Shown here piece after piece: positions 17,964 to 30,037 of a stretch of DNA of 64,000 bases; position 1 is the first letter of the stretch, and each line of letters begins with the position of its first letter. Source of the stretch: Basidiobolus meristosporus CBS 931.73 (Eukaryota; Fungi; Basidiobolomycota); the NCBI GenBank assembly GCA_002104905.1, contig MCFE01000286.1:39056-103055 (forward strand). The letters are read 5' to 3'. The notes beneath the pieces were generated by a model. It was not told the DNA's origin. It was given only the letters and a program-made list of their open reading frames with translations, and did no database searches. Both the position numbers and the translations under genes were made by a program.

Positions 17964-19672
17964 CTAGAGCATGATTAAAGCCATTTCCTCGTTTTTGATA
18001 GGTGGACATCTCCAGTTGTAGAGATAATAATTGAGATCGCCGTCACCAGGGTCGAACATCAATTCCTCTACAAACTCGAAGTTATGCATGAGTTCAAGGG
18101 CATTCATAACGTCGAAGCCAGCCTAGAAGCAAGGATTCATTGGTCAATGAGGTAAGGACTGGGCAAGCTGGAGAGAAACAGAGATTTACATTTTTAGCTA
18201 ACACCAAGACATTGTGGACCAGCACCTGAAGACGCTGGGTATATTCTTCGCTACTCGGGAGAGTATTATCGTCGCCGCTCTCCGTTTTCCACTCCATGTT
18301 GATTGCGTAGTAGTACAGGTAGGCAGCATTCAATGTCTTGTGCTTGGGGTTGTCGAGGAGTGAGCTCGGCAATGAGTAGAACGAGATGAAGTCGGTGATA
18401 CTGCCGGTATCATGGTCCTAGCAGTCACCATCAACTTAGAAGGGCCGTTTACTGGAAGGCTGAAAGCATACTTACTTCTACAACATAGCTGTAAACGACA
18501 TCCTTAACAGGAACGAAGTAATGGCATACTTCCTCGTCAGATTGGAATACTGGTGTGTATTCGAATTGTGACAAAAAGCTGTTGAGAAGAGCGCAAACGG
18601 CTGGCGCATCCTGCTCCAGCATAGGGCGAAGTCCGGTGATGGTGGTAGTGGTAGGCAATTCGTAGTATTGAGTCATTTGTTCCATGGTTATACAATCAGG
18701 CAGTGCTTCGAAGCCTATCTCGACCAATTTTTCCGGGTTTAGCGAGCGATGGTGATATCTATTGTTTTCAAGAGTGAGAGGTAGATTTGATCAACGCAGA
18801 CCCAGGGAGTAACACTACCTGCAGGTGGCAATGGGCTTGGGTAAGACAACGCCCGCGGTGTAAGTGGCTTGGGAAATTCCCTCCATGTTGACCCGACGAG
18901 TGATTTCTTGGATGAGGAGCGGGGCCAGACGCTTGTTTCGAAGCTTTTTGTGGAGGCACAAAAAGCTGATTTCCACCAAGTGGCGCACACTTTCGCCAGG
19001 ATACAGGTGTGAGCCGTTGTGGTGGGGAGAGCATGGTATATATTTACCTGGTGCGAACTTTCAGGTCAGCGGGGATTCCAGCGATGAATGCAACCAGCTT
19101 GTTGGTGGTATCGCGGACTCCTAGATGCCAAGCTTTTTTCCAGCCCGGAGGCTTCAACGCCCTGAAACCAAAGGCAGAAGCGTCAGTGGAGTGGAGTGAA
19201 ACACCCGAAGCTACGGTGGGTGGTTGTGTACCAAGAAATGAACTCCAACGAGTAGGCGAAACGGAAGGTAGCGTCATCGTCCTCCACATAGTTCAGTGAA
19301 AGCAAGGTGTAGACTTCTTCAAGCTACTATTCCGTTAATATACCAAGGGACGGTACGAAGCCAAAAAGCCTAGTACCTGCTCTGGATTTTCTAAATCAAC
19401 CAGAACCCATTCAAAGCTTCCAGGTAGAGGATAAGGGGTCTGGCGAACATCCTCTATGGCTTTATCTACCTCGATAGCTCCCTCCACCATCACCGTCTCG
19501 TCTGGATTCAAAGTACTTCGGTTTAACCGTCTATTGATAGGAAGGCGGAGTTCTTACCATATTGTGGGACTGGCTGGGTATTCCAGAACTTATGCTCGGG
19601 GGGCTCCTGCAGTGGTTCATTTATTATGTTGGCCTCGTCTGCCTGGCAACTTTGCCTCTTGGGGTCGGGCAT
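17964..19672 (-). CDS. NMT1: Glycylpeptide N-myristoyltransferase (NMT), intact ORF with divergent signature motifs, multi-exon
   Basis: [67 protein letters not shown] and C-terminal ALIML*. Confidence 0.93.
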
Positions 19673-19898
19673 AGCTGTAAGCTAAGCAACCTGGGTCGCA
19701 TGCAGCCCCCAGACCAGCATATCCAAAATCTCACATGGGTCTCGTGAGAATCAGCGGATATGGCGTGTGAGTGACACTGCCTGCCAAATCAAAAAAGAAT
19801 AGTTCGATGTTTGGATGACATTTATTTATGCAGTATGCAATCTCAAGTAGGCTGTTAGCATTCGGAATGTCTTTGGGGCTCACAAGGACACCAGAGCC

Positions 19899-20620
19899 TC
19901 ACTCCGATTTCTTACCCACACGGGCTGTTGAGAACGCTTGATAGATCGCCGCCCATGAGCGAACCAACAAATAGCTTGGAATCACGATCCAGATCGCGTT
20001 CATAGTGACAAAATAGAACCAATAGTAAAGGGGATGAGGGTCGCTGTGAGGACTACCCTCGAAGAAGGTTGTAGCGAAGTAAAGAACGTCTCCATACAGC
20101 TGGCAGATTGAGACCGACAAAAGGCCCAGATGGCGGCCGGGCGTTTGATTGAAAATGGCATACGCTGTATAGAGGGCTAGAGGGCCGTCCACGTACTAAA
20201 CCAACAAGCTGTTAGAGTAATTCGTATTCAATGCATTAGCCTGATCAAGATTACCGCGGTAATTCGCTCCATGTTCAGTACGAACGGGTCACTAGAAAGG
20301 TAGCGGGAATCGCCCTTGGAGTATTCCTTCCATACTTGGCCCAAAACGAATTGATCCCCAGCCAGGGAGGCATAGTTATGAACATAGTATCCTTCCAGGC
20401 CCACGTGAATGAGTCCAGCAAGCAAACACCACATGAACAATAAGCGGTCTTGAGTCTGAAGCTTTTTGTTCTGAAGTGCAATTTTTGCAGCCACCAGAAG
20501 AATCACTCCAAACGAGCCGAAGACCACAGTCAGAATGTGCCCTGTCCCACTCGTGTTGGGAACGTAGTGCGGCAGAGAAAGGTTCCTTGGATAATACGGA
20601 TGGCTGATGACGGTGTCCAT
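19899..20620 (-). CDS. EBP: Emopamil-binding-protein family sterol delta8-delta7 isomerase, 2 exons
   Basis: HPYYP, IHVGLEG, WKEYSKGDSRY, MERITA, QLYGDVLYF and WFYFVTMNAIWIVIP. Confidence 0.9.
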
Positions 20621-21529
20621 TGTTGGACTCAGTCCAGCAAAGGCCAGCCTTTATAATGGTCACGGTTGCTCGATACCGGAGGTTCCTGTTCATCCGTCCC
20701 GGGCAAACTGATTCCTCCACATTGACAAATAAGATCTCGATTTCATTGATACTCGATGGGGTATCCTACTTGATTTATTGCGCCAAGACACCGGTGGTTC
20801 CTGGAAATATTCGAAGGGGGTTTAGTGACCTTGGTGCCTGCTTTGTTGTCCTACGAGTGTAAATCCAACTACGTTCTCTTTCGAGACAACGCAGCTTTCG
20901 TTAGCAGACATTGTAAGAGCATTGCCGGCATGATGACGTACAATAGAAATGAGCTCAACCCGGGTAAAAGGGTCCAGGCTACAACAAGCACCGTAAAGGT
21001 ACCAGATCGGTTTTCAGGGATATAGGCTGTGGCGAGAAGATAAAATATACTATCTGAATACTCTTTTTGGCACTCACAGGCGGAGTTCCAAATGAGTGGC
21101 TCATTCCAACCATGGCTTGAACTAATGGAAGGAATGGTTGAGGCGTTTTCGTGGCAGATTCACTATATTGGGGGTGCAGGGATATTATTCATTGTCTATA
21201 CTTGCTTGGCTATTCATAAGCAGACATAGTGCATTATTGTTATTTCACTTCTGAGCTTCAAACAACAACTTATAAATACGCACTATGTAAAAACAACGGC
21301 AATTCTGTGAGCACACTTCAAGCTCAAGCTTTAAACTTGTAATAGGAGTTATTATACTTTTTGTCCTCGATGAAATACATCCTGATACCTGGGTAAAAAG
21401 GTTCGACTGAGTGGAGTATTGGTACTTTGCACAAATATGATATGCCACTATGGCATCGAGTGGTTATTTATTTTCTTTGAATACTCTGCGTTTGTACTAA
21501 CTCAATCTGGCTTATTACAAGTAAACGCG

Positions 21530-22410
21530 TATAATTGAGTTAAAGGCACTTTGTTCTTTCTTCTGGTACTTTGGGGTTTTTTTCCTGCCCCTGCAGGAGG
21601 GCGTTCCGCTCCCATAACAACACCCTAATGCCTTCTTTCTATAGCAGTGTCTTCATTCTACCTTCCAAACTTGGTTGTAGGACCCGTCCAATTTTTCAGC
21701 AGAGGAATAGATCTAGTAATAGCAGTTGTAGACATTCCAAAAAGTCACACCTTGAGATGCATAATCTATTGTGAGGATTTTGGAGACATTGAAAGTGACT
21801 GGGAGAAATAGTGGATTACGTTTTATTCACTGGACGATTCATGGAATCTAACAATGGTAATTATATTTTTACCAGGCCTTGGCAACACAGGCGCACAGAA
21901 TATGATTAGAAAGATTCAAAGAGCATATAGACAAAGCTTTTGGACAACCTTGAGAAATATCATGCTCCATTTACCTCGTATAGTGAAGAACATATCTAAA
22001 GTAATCCCAACAGAGAATTTGGCCAGGAGATATTCTAGTGAACAGACTAGGGTCTAAGCGATCAACATAATATAGGCATATGGTGATGCAAAGCTTGTAT
22101 TTACACCTAAATAATTCTTCAGCTTAGTCGCTTAGATCACAGCTCATGAACTTTACCTTACGCTGGGATATAACTATCAAATTCTCAGGGTTTTGGTACT
22201 TAATATATAGTGAAAAAACTTGAGGTTGTTCAAAAGCCCCCAAACTTTGCATGCATGCCCTTGAGACTTTTCTAAGCATACTTTATATGTGTATTCTGCC
22301 AAAACCATCTAAAGTATAAAACCACTTTTATATTCAATAAACCATCAAGTAAAATTATACTACCAACTTATTACCCTGGAGATCTTTAACATCTTCAGAA
22401 CTCTAAGCCT
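21530..22410. mobile_element. Old copia relic: degenerate gag 5' end plus LTR (minus), followed by a second degenerate LTR in the opposite orientation
   Basis: 21537-21770 aligns by eye to 40556-40790; 21770-22090 and 22120-22410 resemble the copia LTR in opposite directions. Boundaries approximate. Confidence 0.65.
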
Positions 22411-22899
22411 GCAGATTATGGAGAAATTTGGAAAACTTTACAAAAACTAAAACACAAAAGTAGAAAAGAAATAGCACCATCCTGCAGTATGTGTGCTGTA
22501 CTCTTGTGCACCCCGCCCATTGACCTCAATCCGACTACCTCATTAATATGTCTTTAGGCTCTTTTGCTTCTAGAAGCCTAGTAATGTTCAACAGCTCAGT
22601 TACATTCTGCTGATCTTACCCAAGATGGTAAGCATCCTCTGGGTAAAAGCCCTATTTATCATTAAACTGAAAGTCGGGGACTGAATCGAGCCAATGAATG
22701 CATGTGCGGTAATCCTAAATCTCGGCCACACCCCGAGTAGATCGACCATGGTGCCAGCTTTGGGCATGAGGAGTTGGAAATAATATGTGTATCCGGGGAC
22801 CAGACATTCAATAGAAGTATGCGCTACTGGACGGTTGGTTTGTTATTAAGCTCAGCTATAAATACACTGCCCGATATTGCTTATCACCATTACAATGTA

Positions 22900-23467
22900 A
22901 TCCAGTCTCAGGAAATCGTTACTCTTCCTCGTTGGCCTAGTGACGTCGACCCTCGCTCATATGGAGATGATGCAACCCCCACCACGCCATTCACGGCACA
23001 ATCCGACCTGGTTAGGAACCCCGGATTACGATACGGGGAACCCATTAGGGACCTATCCTTGTAAAGGATACAGGCAAGGAGGAATAGTTAGACCGTAAAG
23101 CTGGTGATTCTGTTCAGGCGAGTTTTCCCTCGATGACCCAAATGATGGTACGGATTTGCCTGCCGCTCGACCGACCTTTACCATCCGACCCACAAAGGGT
23201 AACAGTAACACGACTTCTACGATCTCCGCAACTGCTACTCTGTCCCCGACCAGAGCAACTAGCTCAATTAACAATACAGCTACCGCTGAACCTTCCTCCC
23301 TTCCGGCCTCAGAAAATTGCAAAAACCTCTCTGCATGGAGTACAAAGAGTGCCTACAATGGCTCGAAAAGAGTAAGCTGTAATGGCCACTTGTGGCAAGC
23401 TAGATGGTGGAATCAAAACGAGACACCAGATGCCAATAACGTCTGGGTAGATTTGGGATCATGCTAA
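22900..23467 (+). pseudogene. Internally deleted paralog of the AA11-CBM5/12 gene
   Basis: LVTSTLA|HMEMMQPPPRHSRHNPTW..YPCKG matches the 25523 gene; then a TAA and loss of about 310 bp of catalytic core; linker and CBM (WQARWWNQNETPD..WVDLGSC*) are retained. Confidence 0.85.
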
Positions 23468-25522
23468 GCATAAATAAAGTGGTGCACCATTATGGATAAA
23501 GTAACAACATTTCATCTTCATCCTGTGTGTCATCCATGCATTACTAGTATATATTTCCACTCCTGAAAATATTGACTGAACGGTCAATATATTAGGTAAG
23601 CACACATGTTATACTAGTCCATGCCCTGTGCTTCTACAAATATGCAATCGTGCAGAGGCCACAGCATTGTGCCGATGATGAGCCCCAAGACACAAGTAGT
23701 GCCTAGCCATCAAAATTTGTCACATTTAGAGAATATTCATAGAGCTTCATCGGCTGCTGGGAGAAGGGCCCTTGCATTTTTTATTGGTGAAACGCCAGCT
23801 ATTTAAGAGTAAAATGTTTCCTTGTTAACTTCTGAAGTGGTAATATAGATATAAGGGCCTTGCTTAGAAGTCTGACTCCTATACCAGCAAGACCACTGAT
23901 GAAATACATCCACCAACTAGTAAACCACATCCTACCTGCTTTAATGTCATGAAATACAGGATTGATGTCTTTGCCACTGACACTTTCCACTACATACAGT
24001 CAGGTTCTGACTAAATAGGCACAGACTGATAGGATCCATCAGCAGCAGGATGTATGCTAGGCATACATATGCCCAGAGCAGATTTTTAGAAAACTGCGAT
24101 GTGTCAATTAAAACGATGGCAAGTGTTACAATGCTGCAGCCAAGGTATACACCCTGAACGACCACAACGCGCGCAGACTACGGAAGCTGAGCGAGCAGCT
24201 AGCTGGTTAAGAGTTTAATCGGTAAGGTCTAGGTTGCTGGGACGACAGGCAGGTCTTGGTTTTGCTCGAAGTGTACTCACCCTGTGACAGCACCTTGGAA
24301 ATGTTGCCGAGTATATTCTGTACGAAGTCCTGCTTCTCGTGCTGCGTGTGGCCGATGCCCAACCATAATATTTCATCCATACTAGCTCTCGTTGGAACGG
24401 ATACCCAATCATTATATTAGACTGTGTCATTATACTAACTGAGTGCTCAACTCCTGCTCGTATCACAATCGCTTCCAAGACCAAAGGACCTCTGATCCTT
24501 GAAAAGATTGGCCCTTGTACGAGAGCGATGCGTACATCCCGAGTAGATCCCTCTTCGGGGGGGGGTTATTGGTTATTGTACAATGAAGAGATGGCTTTCT
24601 GAGTTAAGTTTGCTAATAGAGTTGCCGTGTCTCTTCCATTCATATTTCATGTAATTCTTATCGCTACACACTGGTTTCAAAATCATTTGTGATCTGACAC
24701 TGAAATCGAGTCCAGCCACGTGTCCGTAATCACCAAAGATTCATTCATCCTAGATTTGCAGTTTAATTGGCCCCCAATGGCCATCTAAATCGCCAAGTTC
24801 CAGTCAAAGTACCCATAAAAACCCGAGAAATGTGGTACATCAGCAGTAGGTCAGGCTGAAGATCCTTTCTCGTTTTAGTTCTGCGAAGAACAGATGGATC
24901 AACAATATTGGGGGCACTAGAGAGCGTAAAAGATCCTCCTATTACACAAAGGATGTTCAGGATTTGATGGCCGCCATGAGCGACTGCTCTAGTCTAGGTT
25001 GTCACATACCCTGCCCTGATTAAAATCTTCACTTGCCGATTTATGAATCGGCGTTATAACCGCCACATGAATACTACTTCCCGATGTGGAGGTTTATCCG
25101 TAATCACCTACAGTACTCTAATGACTGACATTGTAGACGTAAATAGCCTCAGTTATCTTGATCTATGTGGCAATGCCGGTGATTTTCACGTCGAGATCTG
25201 GTTCGCATCCAGTTCATCACCTTGTTGAATCGATTTAGGTTGGGTCGATCCTAGCAACAGGAATACATTATTGAGCGTTAAAGCTACAGAACTGTATACA
25301 GAGTTACCATAGCACCCGTTGTGATTCCTGCTCATTTTCTAATAGCTTAATTTCCACCATTCAAGGAAATATCAACTGAGCGTAAAGCATCAAAGAAGCC
25401 TTTCATTTAGCCATTTCTGAAATGTAACTGATGTTCACCTCTTGGACCGGGAACGGAATATGACAAACAAGCCTTATAAATACACCAAGTTCATTGCCTG
25501 AAAAGTAATTCTAACCAAGACA

Positions 25523-26404
25523 ATGTTCTCTAACCTCTTGCAAGCAACTCTTTGTCTACTTGGTCTGGTGACGTTGACCGTCGCTCATATGGAGATGGTA
25601 CAGCCACCACCACGCCGCTCACGGTATAACCCCACATGGGCAGGAACTCCGGATTACAACATGGTGAATCCATTAGGCATCTACCCATGCAAAGGCTATG
25701 AACAAGGAGGAGTTGTTCAGACCGTGAAGGCTGGTAGCTCCATCCAAGTGAAAATCGGTGGCGGTGCCATCCATGGAGGAGGACATTGCCAGTTCGCTAT
25801 TTCGTATGATAAAGGCAAGACCTTTGTCGTACTTGAAACCGTCTATAACAACTGTCTCATTGCAAGCACTCAATATTCCGTGAATGTTCCTAGCACTGCT
25901 GGTTCCAGTAAAAACGTAGTCTTTGCCTGGACATGGATCAACAAGATCGGTAATCGCGAATACTACATGAACTGCGCTGATTTGGAGATTCAGGGGACTG
26001 CCAATGGCTACATCACTGGGCCAAAGCTGTTGGTTGCAAATCTCCCCGGCTATCCTACTATTCCCGAGTTTCCTGGTGATGGGCCAAATGATGGCCGTGA
26101 TTTGCTTGCTGCTCGGCCAATTGTAACCATTCGTCCAGAAAATGATGGCTCTATTCCCACATCCAGTGCATCCCCAACCAAAACCACTAGCTCAGCCACT
26201 AGTCTTCCTACTACAACAACAGCCGCCCCCACTTCCACACCAGGAGCCGACACTTGTAAAGACATTCCTGCTTGGAGTGCTGGAGTTGGCTATAATGGCT
26301 CTCAAAAGGTAACTTACAAGGGTCACCTCTGGCAAGCCAGATGGTGGAATCAAAATGAGTCCCCAGATACTAGTAGTGTCTGGACAGATTTGGGTGCTTG
26401 TTGA
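25523..26404 (+). CDS. Secreted AA11-type lytic polysaccharide monooxygenase with S/T linker and C-terminal CBM5/12 chitin-binding module; intronless
   Basis: Signal peptide cleaved before His1 (TVA|HMEM), second His in IHGGGHCQ, WTWINKIGNREYYMNCAD carrying the axial Tyr, and C-terminal AWSAGVGY..KVTYKGHLWQARWW. Confidence 0.88.
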   Translation: MFSNLLQATLCLLGLVTLTVAHMEMVQPPPRRSRYNPTWAGTPDYNMVNPLGIYPCKGYEQGGVVQTVKAGSSIQVKIGGGAIHGGGHCQFAISYDKGKTFVVLETVYNNCLIASTQYSVNVPSTAGSSKNVVFAWTWINKIGNREYYMNCADLEIQGTANGYITGPKLLVANLPGYPTIPEFPGDGPNDGRDLLAARPIVTIRPENDGSIPTSSASPTKTTSSATSLPTTTTAAPTSTPGADTCKDIPAWSAGVGYNGSQKVTYKGHLWQARWWNQNESPDTSSVWTDLGAC

Positions 26405-26983
26405 CTGTGAAGTAATAAAGTTGCTTCGATCTTATATTACGTGTTCTCGACTTGATTTCTAGGCACAAGGTGATTTACACTGCCTATTTGATATCCTTCA
26501 GTGGGGTCTGGAATATTCCCGAAGCAGTGTATTAGTAGTAGTTTCACTGTGGTAGGGGTAACAGGCGTGCTTCATATTTGTAGCTAGCAAATACGAATTT
26601 GACAACAGCTGCCCAGAGGGTATTCAGCATGGGTATCACTAGTACAAATCTCGAATTTATTCAATTTGAGGACTGGAGAAGTCTAACATCATTTCATAGA
26701 ACAAGTATCGCCGACATGAAATCCGACATGAAATCCTTGTAGCTATAACTGTTGCGTCCATGCTACTTACAAAGGCTTATGCAATGAGCAATGCCGATCC
26801 AATCGCCGGCTTTTCCTTGACTTGCATTAGCATCAAGACGGTATGAACAACACTTGCTGATTAGATACTAAATACGCCAACAGCTTTGTACCAAAAGCAC
26901 CTCGAGCGATACGGTTGAGATCCATAGAATGGGGGTAGTGTACGTGGGCAACATAAACTTTAATCGAGATTTATTTCAGAGTG

Positions 26984-27389
26984 CTATGCCAAATTCTGAT
27001 GGTATTTAACCCATATGAATGCCAGCAAAGCAGAGCAAAGCGATGGACAGGATATCTTGTTGCTCATGTTGGCACTGTGGCTGGTAGTACCTACTCTTCT
27101 CCCGGCATGATCGCCATCATCCTCACCATCATCGCTGATATGGCAACCACCGCCGTCTTCGAAAATTTCGACAGGCTTGTAATTCGGATCGGAGTTCAAC
27201 AGATTCATAACTAGATAAAAAATTCGGTTGGTTTATGTTCGTAATAGAGTGCAACCAGGTAAACCCATTTTTACCTGGATTTCTATCTTGACTGGCCTTG
27301 ATATCGGTAGATGGTATCGCATCAGCCCGTGAGACAATAGTCACACTTGCTAATAGAAGCACAATAAATAAGAGTCTGGTCATAACCAT
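26984..27389 (-). CDS. Small secreted, possibly GPI-anchored protein (about 111-113 aa, 2 exons), family unknown
   Basis: Signal-like MTRLLFIVLLLASVTIVSRA; a 64-nt GT-AG intron (27211-27274) joins in frame to an acidic exon ending in a hydrophobic tail (LCSALLAFIWV). Confidence 0.55.
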
Positions 27390-28539
27390 AACATTAGCAG
27401 GCGTTTGCCAGTTAAATAGTTAATCTGAGAATTTCTTCACCCATTTGGTTGGCACCCTTTGGTAACGCTATTTCATCACATTCTCTTACTCATTAGTCTC
27501 ACCATTTTACCGCATGCTCTTGACTTGATTTGGTCGAAATCCACCACATGCTCTAAACTGTATATGGCTGAAATCCACCACGTGCGTATCTGACTGATTC
27601 TTCTCGGAATGTCCCGTTGCCTTGATACGCGTTTGTTCTCATACAAAGTGTTTTGCGTAAGCCAACTACAATAAGAACTTCCTATGGGAATTGGAGCTGG
27701 CAAGCTGGTGGAAATATAGCATGTGGCTGCGCACAGCCCCGGTTCAGCTTCAGAACAATCCACGAAACTCGCATGTCCCAAAGAAGCACATCAAATAGAT
27801 AAAAATGCAAATCGGGATCAAGAGGGAGCTGTTTCCGAGGGCCAATGCTTGCTCAAAATGCATACAGCGCCTGATCTATCAAAGAAAAGCTATTTGACAA
27901 ATAGAAATTGATTGCATTGAAGTTTCCATCTGCCGAGTGTGACCTACCAGGGAAAGCCGGGAGAATATCCCGAGAGTTGATAGCTTTATGATGGATCCTC
28001 TTGCGGTCTTGAGCTTATCCGGAACACCGTTCTTGCTTTTCTGTCCTGGTTGTGATTATGCAAGCAGCTCAGGAGCACACCAATTATCATGCCTGACTAG
28101 GCCAAATGACTCCAGATAGAACCGGGAAACTGTTATGAAAGCGTGCCTGCGACTGTTGAACCGCAACTGAATCTTGCTAAGGTGTTATTGCTATATGCTG
28201 CAGCAGTGTTGTCACATAGTTTCACGCCTTGCACGCTACGTAGATTGATAACTTCAAGAGGTATAAAGTCGGGTCGAAGGGCAGTCAAGAATATCTCGTT
28301 AGGTATATTGTTTGGATATGTTCCTAAACCTGGTTATCACCCTTTTCTCTTATTTGCTGTGACAGAACTCCCAATATATTCCAGAGTTGGCTATCTCCAA
28401 TTTCTCACTTATTCACTGACTCCAATGCTGAATGTTGATTGGTTATTTTCCTTGATGCCTCTTGTGTGTCCCAATATTGGTGTGCATTACCTTATATGCA
28501 TGTAATTGGACATTTGTCACTAGTCCAAACCTCGTATTC

Positions 28540-29502
28540 TGTCATCAACACCCAACACCCGACAAATCCAACGTCCACGAGATTGTCCTTGTTGGAGGAT
28601 CCACCGGTATCCCTAAGATCCAGAAGCTCGTCTCTGACTACTTCAACGTCAAAGAGCCCAACAAATCCATCAACCCTGATGAGGCTGTTGCCTATGGCGC
28701 CGCTGTCCAAGCTGCTATCTTGTCTGGGGATACCTCTGAGAAGACTCAAGACTTGCTTTTGCTCGATGTTTCTCCTCTCTCCTTGGGTATTGAGACCGCT
28801 GGAGGAGTGATGACTCTCTTGATCAAGCGAAACACCACCGTCCCCGCCAAGCAGTCCGAGACTTTCTCCACCTGCGCCGATAATCAGCCTGGAGTGTTGA
28901 TTCAAGTCTTTGAAGGTGATCGCGCCCGTACCAAGGACCACAACACCCTTGGCAAGTTCGAGCTTGCCGGTGTCCCACCTGCTCCCCGTGGAGTTCCTCA
29001 AATCGAGGTCACCTTCGATGTTGATGCCAACGGCATCTTGAACGTATCTGCTTTGGACAAGACCACTGGTCGCTCCAACAAGATCACCATTACCAACCAC
29101 AAGGGCCGTCTCTCCAAGGAAGATATCGAGCGCATGGTGTCTGAGACCGAGAAGTACAAGGCTGAGGATGAGGCTGCTGCCTCTTGTATTTCCGCCAAGA
29201 ACGGACTCGAGTCCTATGCTTACTCCCTCCGCAACACCGTCCAAGACGAGAAGGTTTCTGGACAATTGGAGGCTGATGACAAGAAGAAGCTCGAAGAAGC
29301 CATCGACAGCACCATCAGCTGATTGGATGACAGCCAGGAGGCCTCCAAGGAGGAGTATGAAGACAAGCAAAAGGAGTTGGAAGGCGTTGCCAACCCCACC
29401 ATGACCAAGATGTACCAAACTACTGAATGTGCCCCGGGTGCAATCCCAGGAGGATTCCATGGTGCCAATAGCAGCGAGTCAAGCGTTGAAGAGTTGGATT
29501 AA
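28540..29502 (+). pseudogene. HSP70: 5'-truncated cytosolic Hsp70 (SSA-type) pseudogene
   Basis: [18 protein letters not shown] (R>G), [14 protein letters not shown], substrate-binding domain, TGG>TGA at 29320-29322, ends VEELD*; most of the ATPase domain is absent. Confidence 0.9.
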
Positions 29503-29638
29503 ATCACAAATTATATTTAATAATGTACACTATTTACATGTCAGTGATAATTTTGTGTAGTCCTTAGCCTTAGATTTTAGAATAAACAAACGTCTTGAGA
29601 TGTGGGTGCTACTTTGATGCATATTAGCAGGTTAAAAG

Positions 29639-29970
29639 TGTTGTAAGAGTTTTGGAGATATTGGAAGTGATTGGGAGAACAAGTAGATTGTGTGGTTTTC
29701 ACTTAATGATTTATTGAATGTAACAATAGTATTTATACTTTTACATGGTCTTGGCATAACAAACACATAGAATACGTTAAGGAAGGTCCCAAGAACATGT
29801 GTGCAAGGTTTGGGGCTGTTTGGACAACTTATCTAATTTTCATGTTCTGGGTAAATATTCTAAGTAAATCCCAACAAGGAATTTGGTCAGTATTCTCTAG
29901 GATATGAAGGTAATGATCTAAGTGACTAAGTTAGGTGAATATTTAGGTGGAATTGCAAATCTTTACAACA
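29639..29970 (-). mobile_element. Copia LTR (family 1), solo-like
   Basis: TGTTGTAAG...TTACAACA termini; flanks AAAAG/AAAAC. Confidence 0.85.
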
Positions 29971-30037
29971 AAAACTAGGACTAGTCAGTATGAACATTTA
30001 GCTAAGTGGGAGTGTTGTAAAAATTTGTAATTCCACC
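29971..30037 (+). mobile_element. Fragment of a plus-strand copia end (RNase H end, PPT, first 26 bp of LTR)
   Basis: GGACTAGTCAGTATGAACATTTAGCTAAGTGGGAG then TGTTGTAAAAATTTG, matching the reverse complement of 36290-36350. Confidence 0.7.

Noticed and set aside
26704-26738. CCGACATGAAAT tandem duplication
   Set aside because: Two short units only; ordinary slippage.
28492-29460. 322-aa minus-strand ORF
   Set aside because: It is the antisense shadow of the codon-biased Hsp70 sequence, a known artefact of Hsp70 genes.
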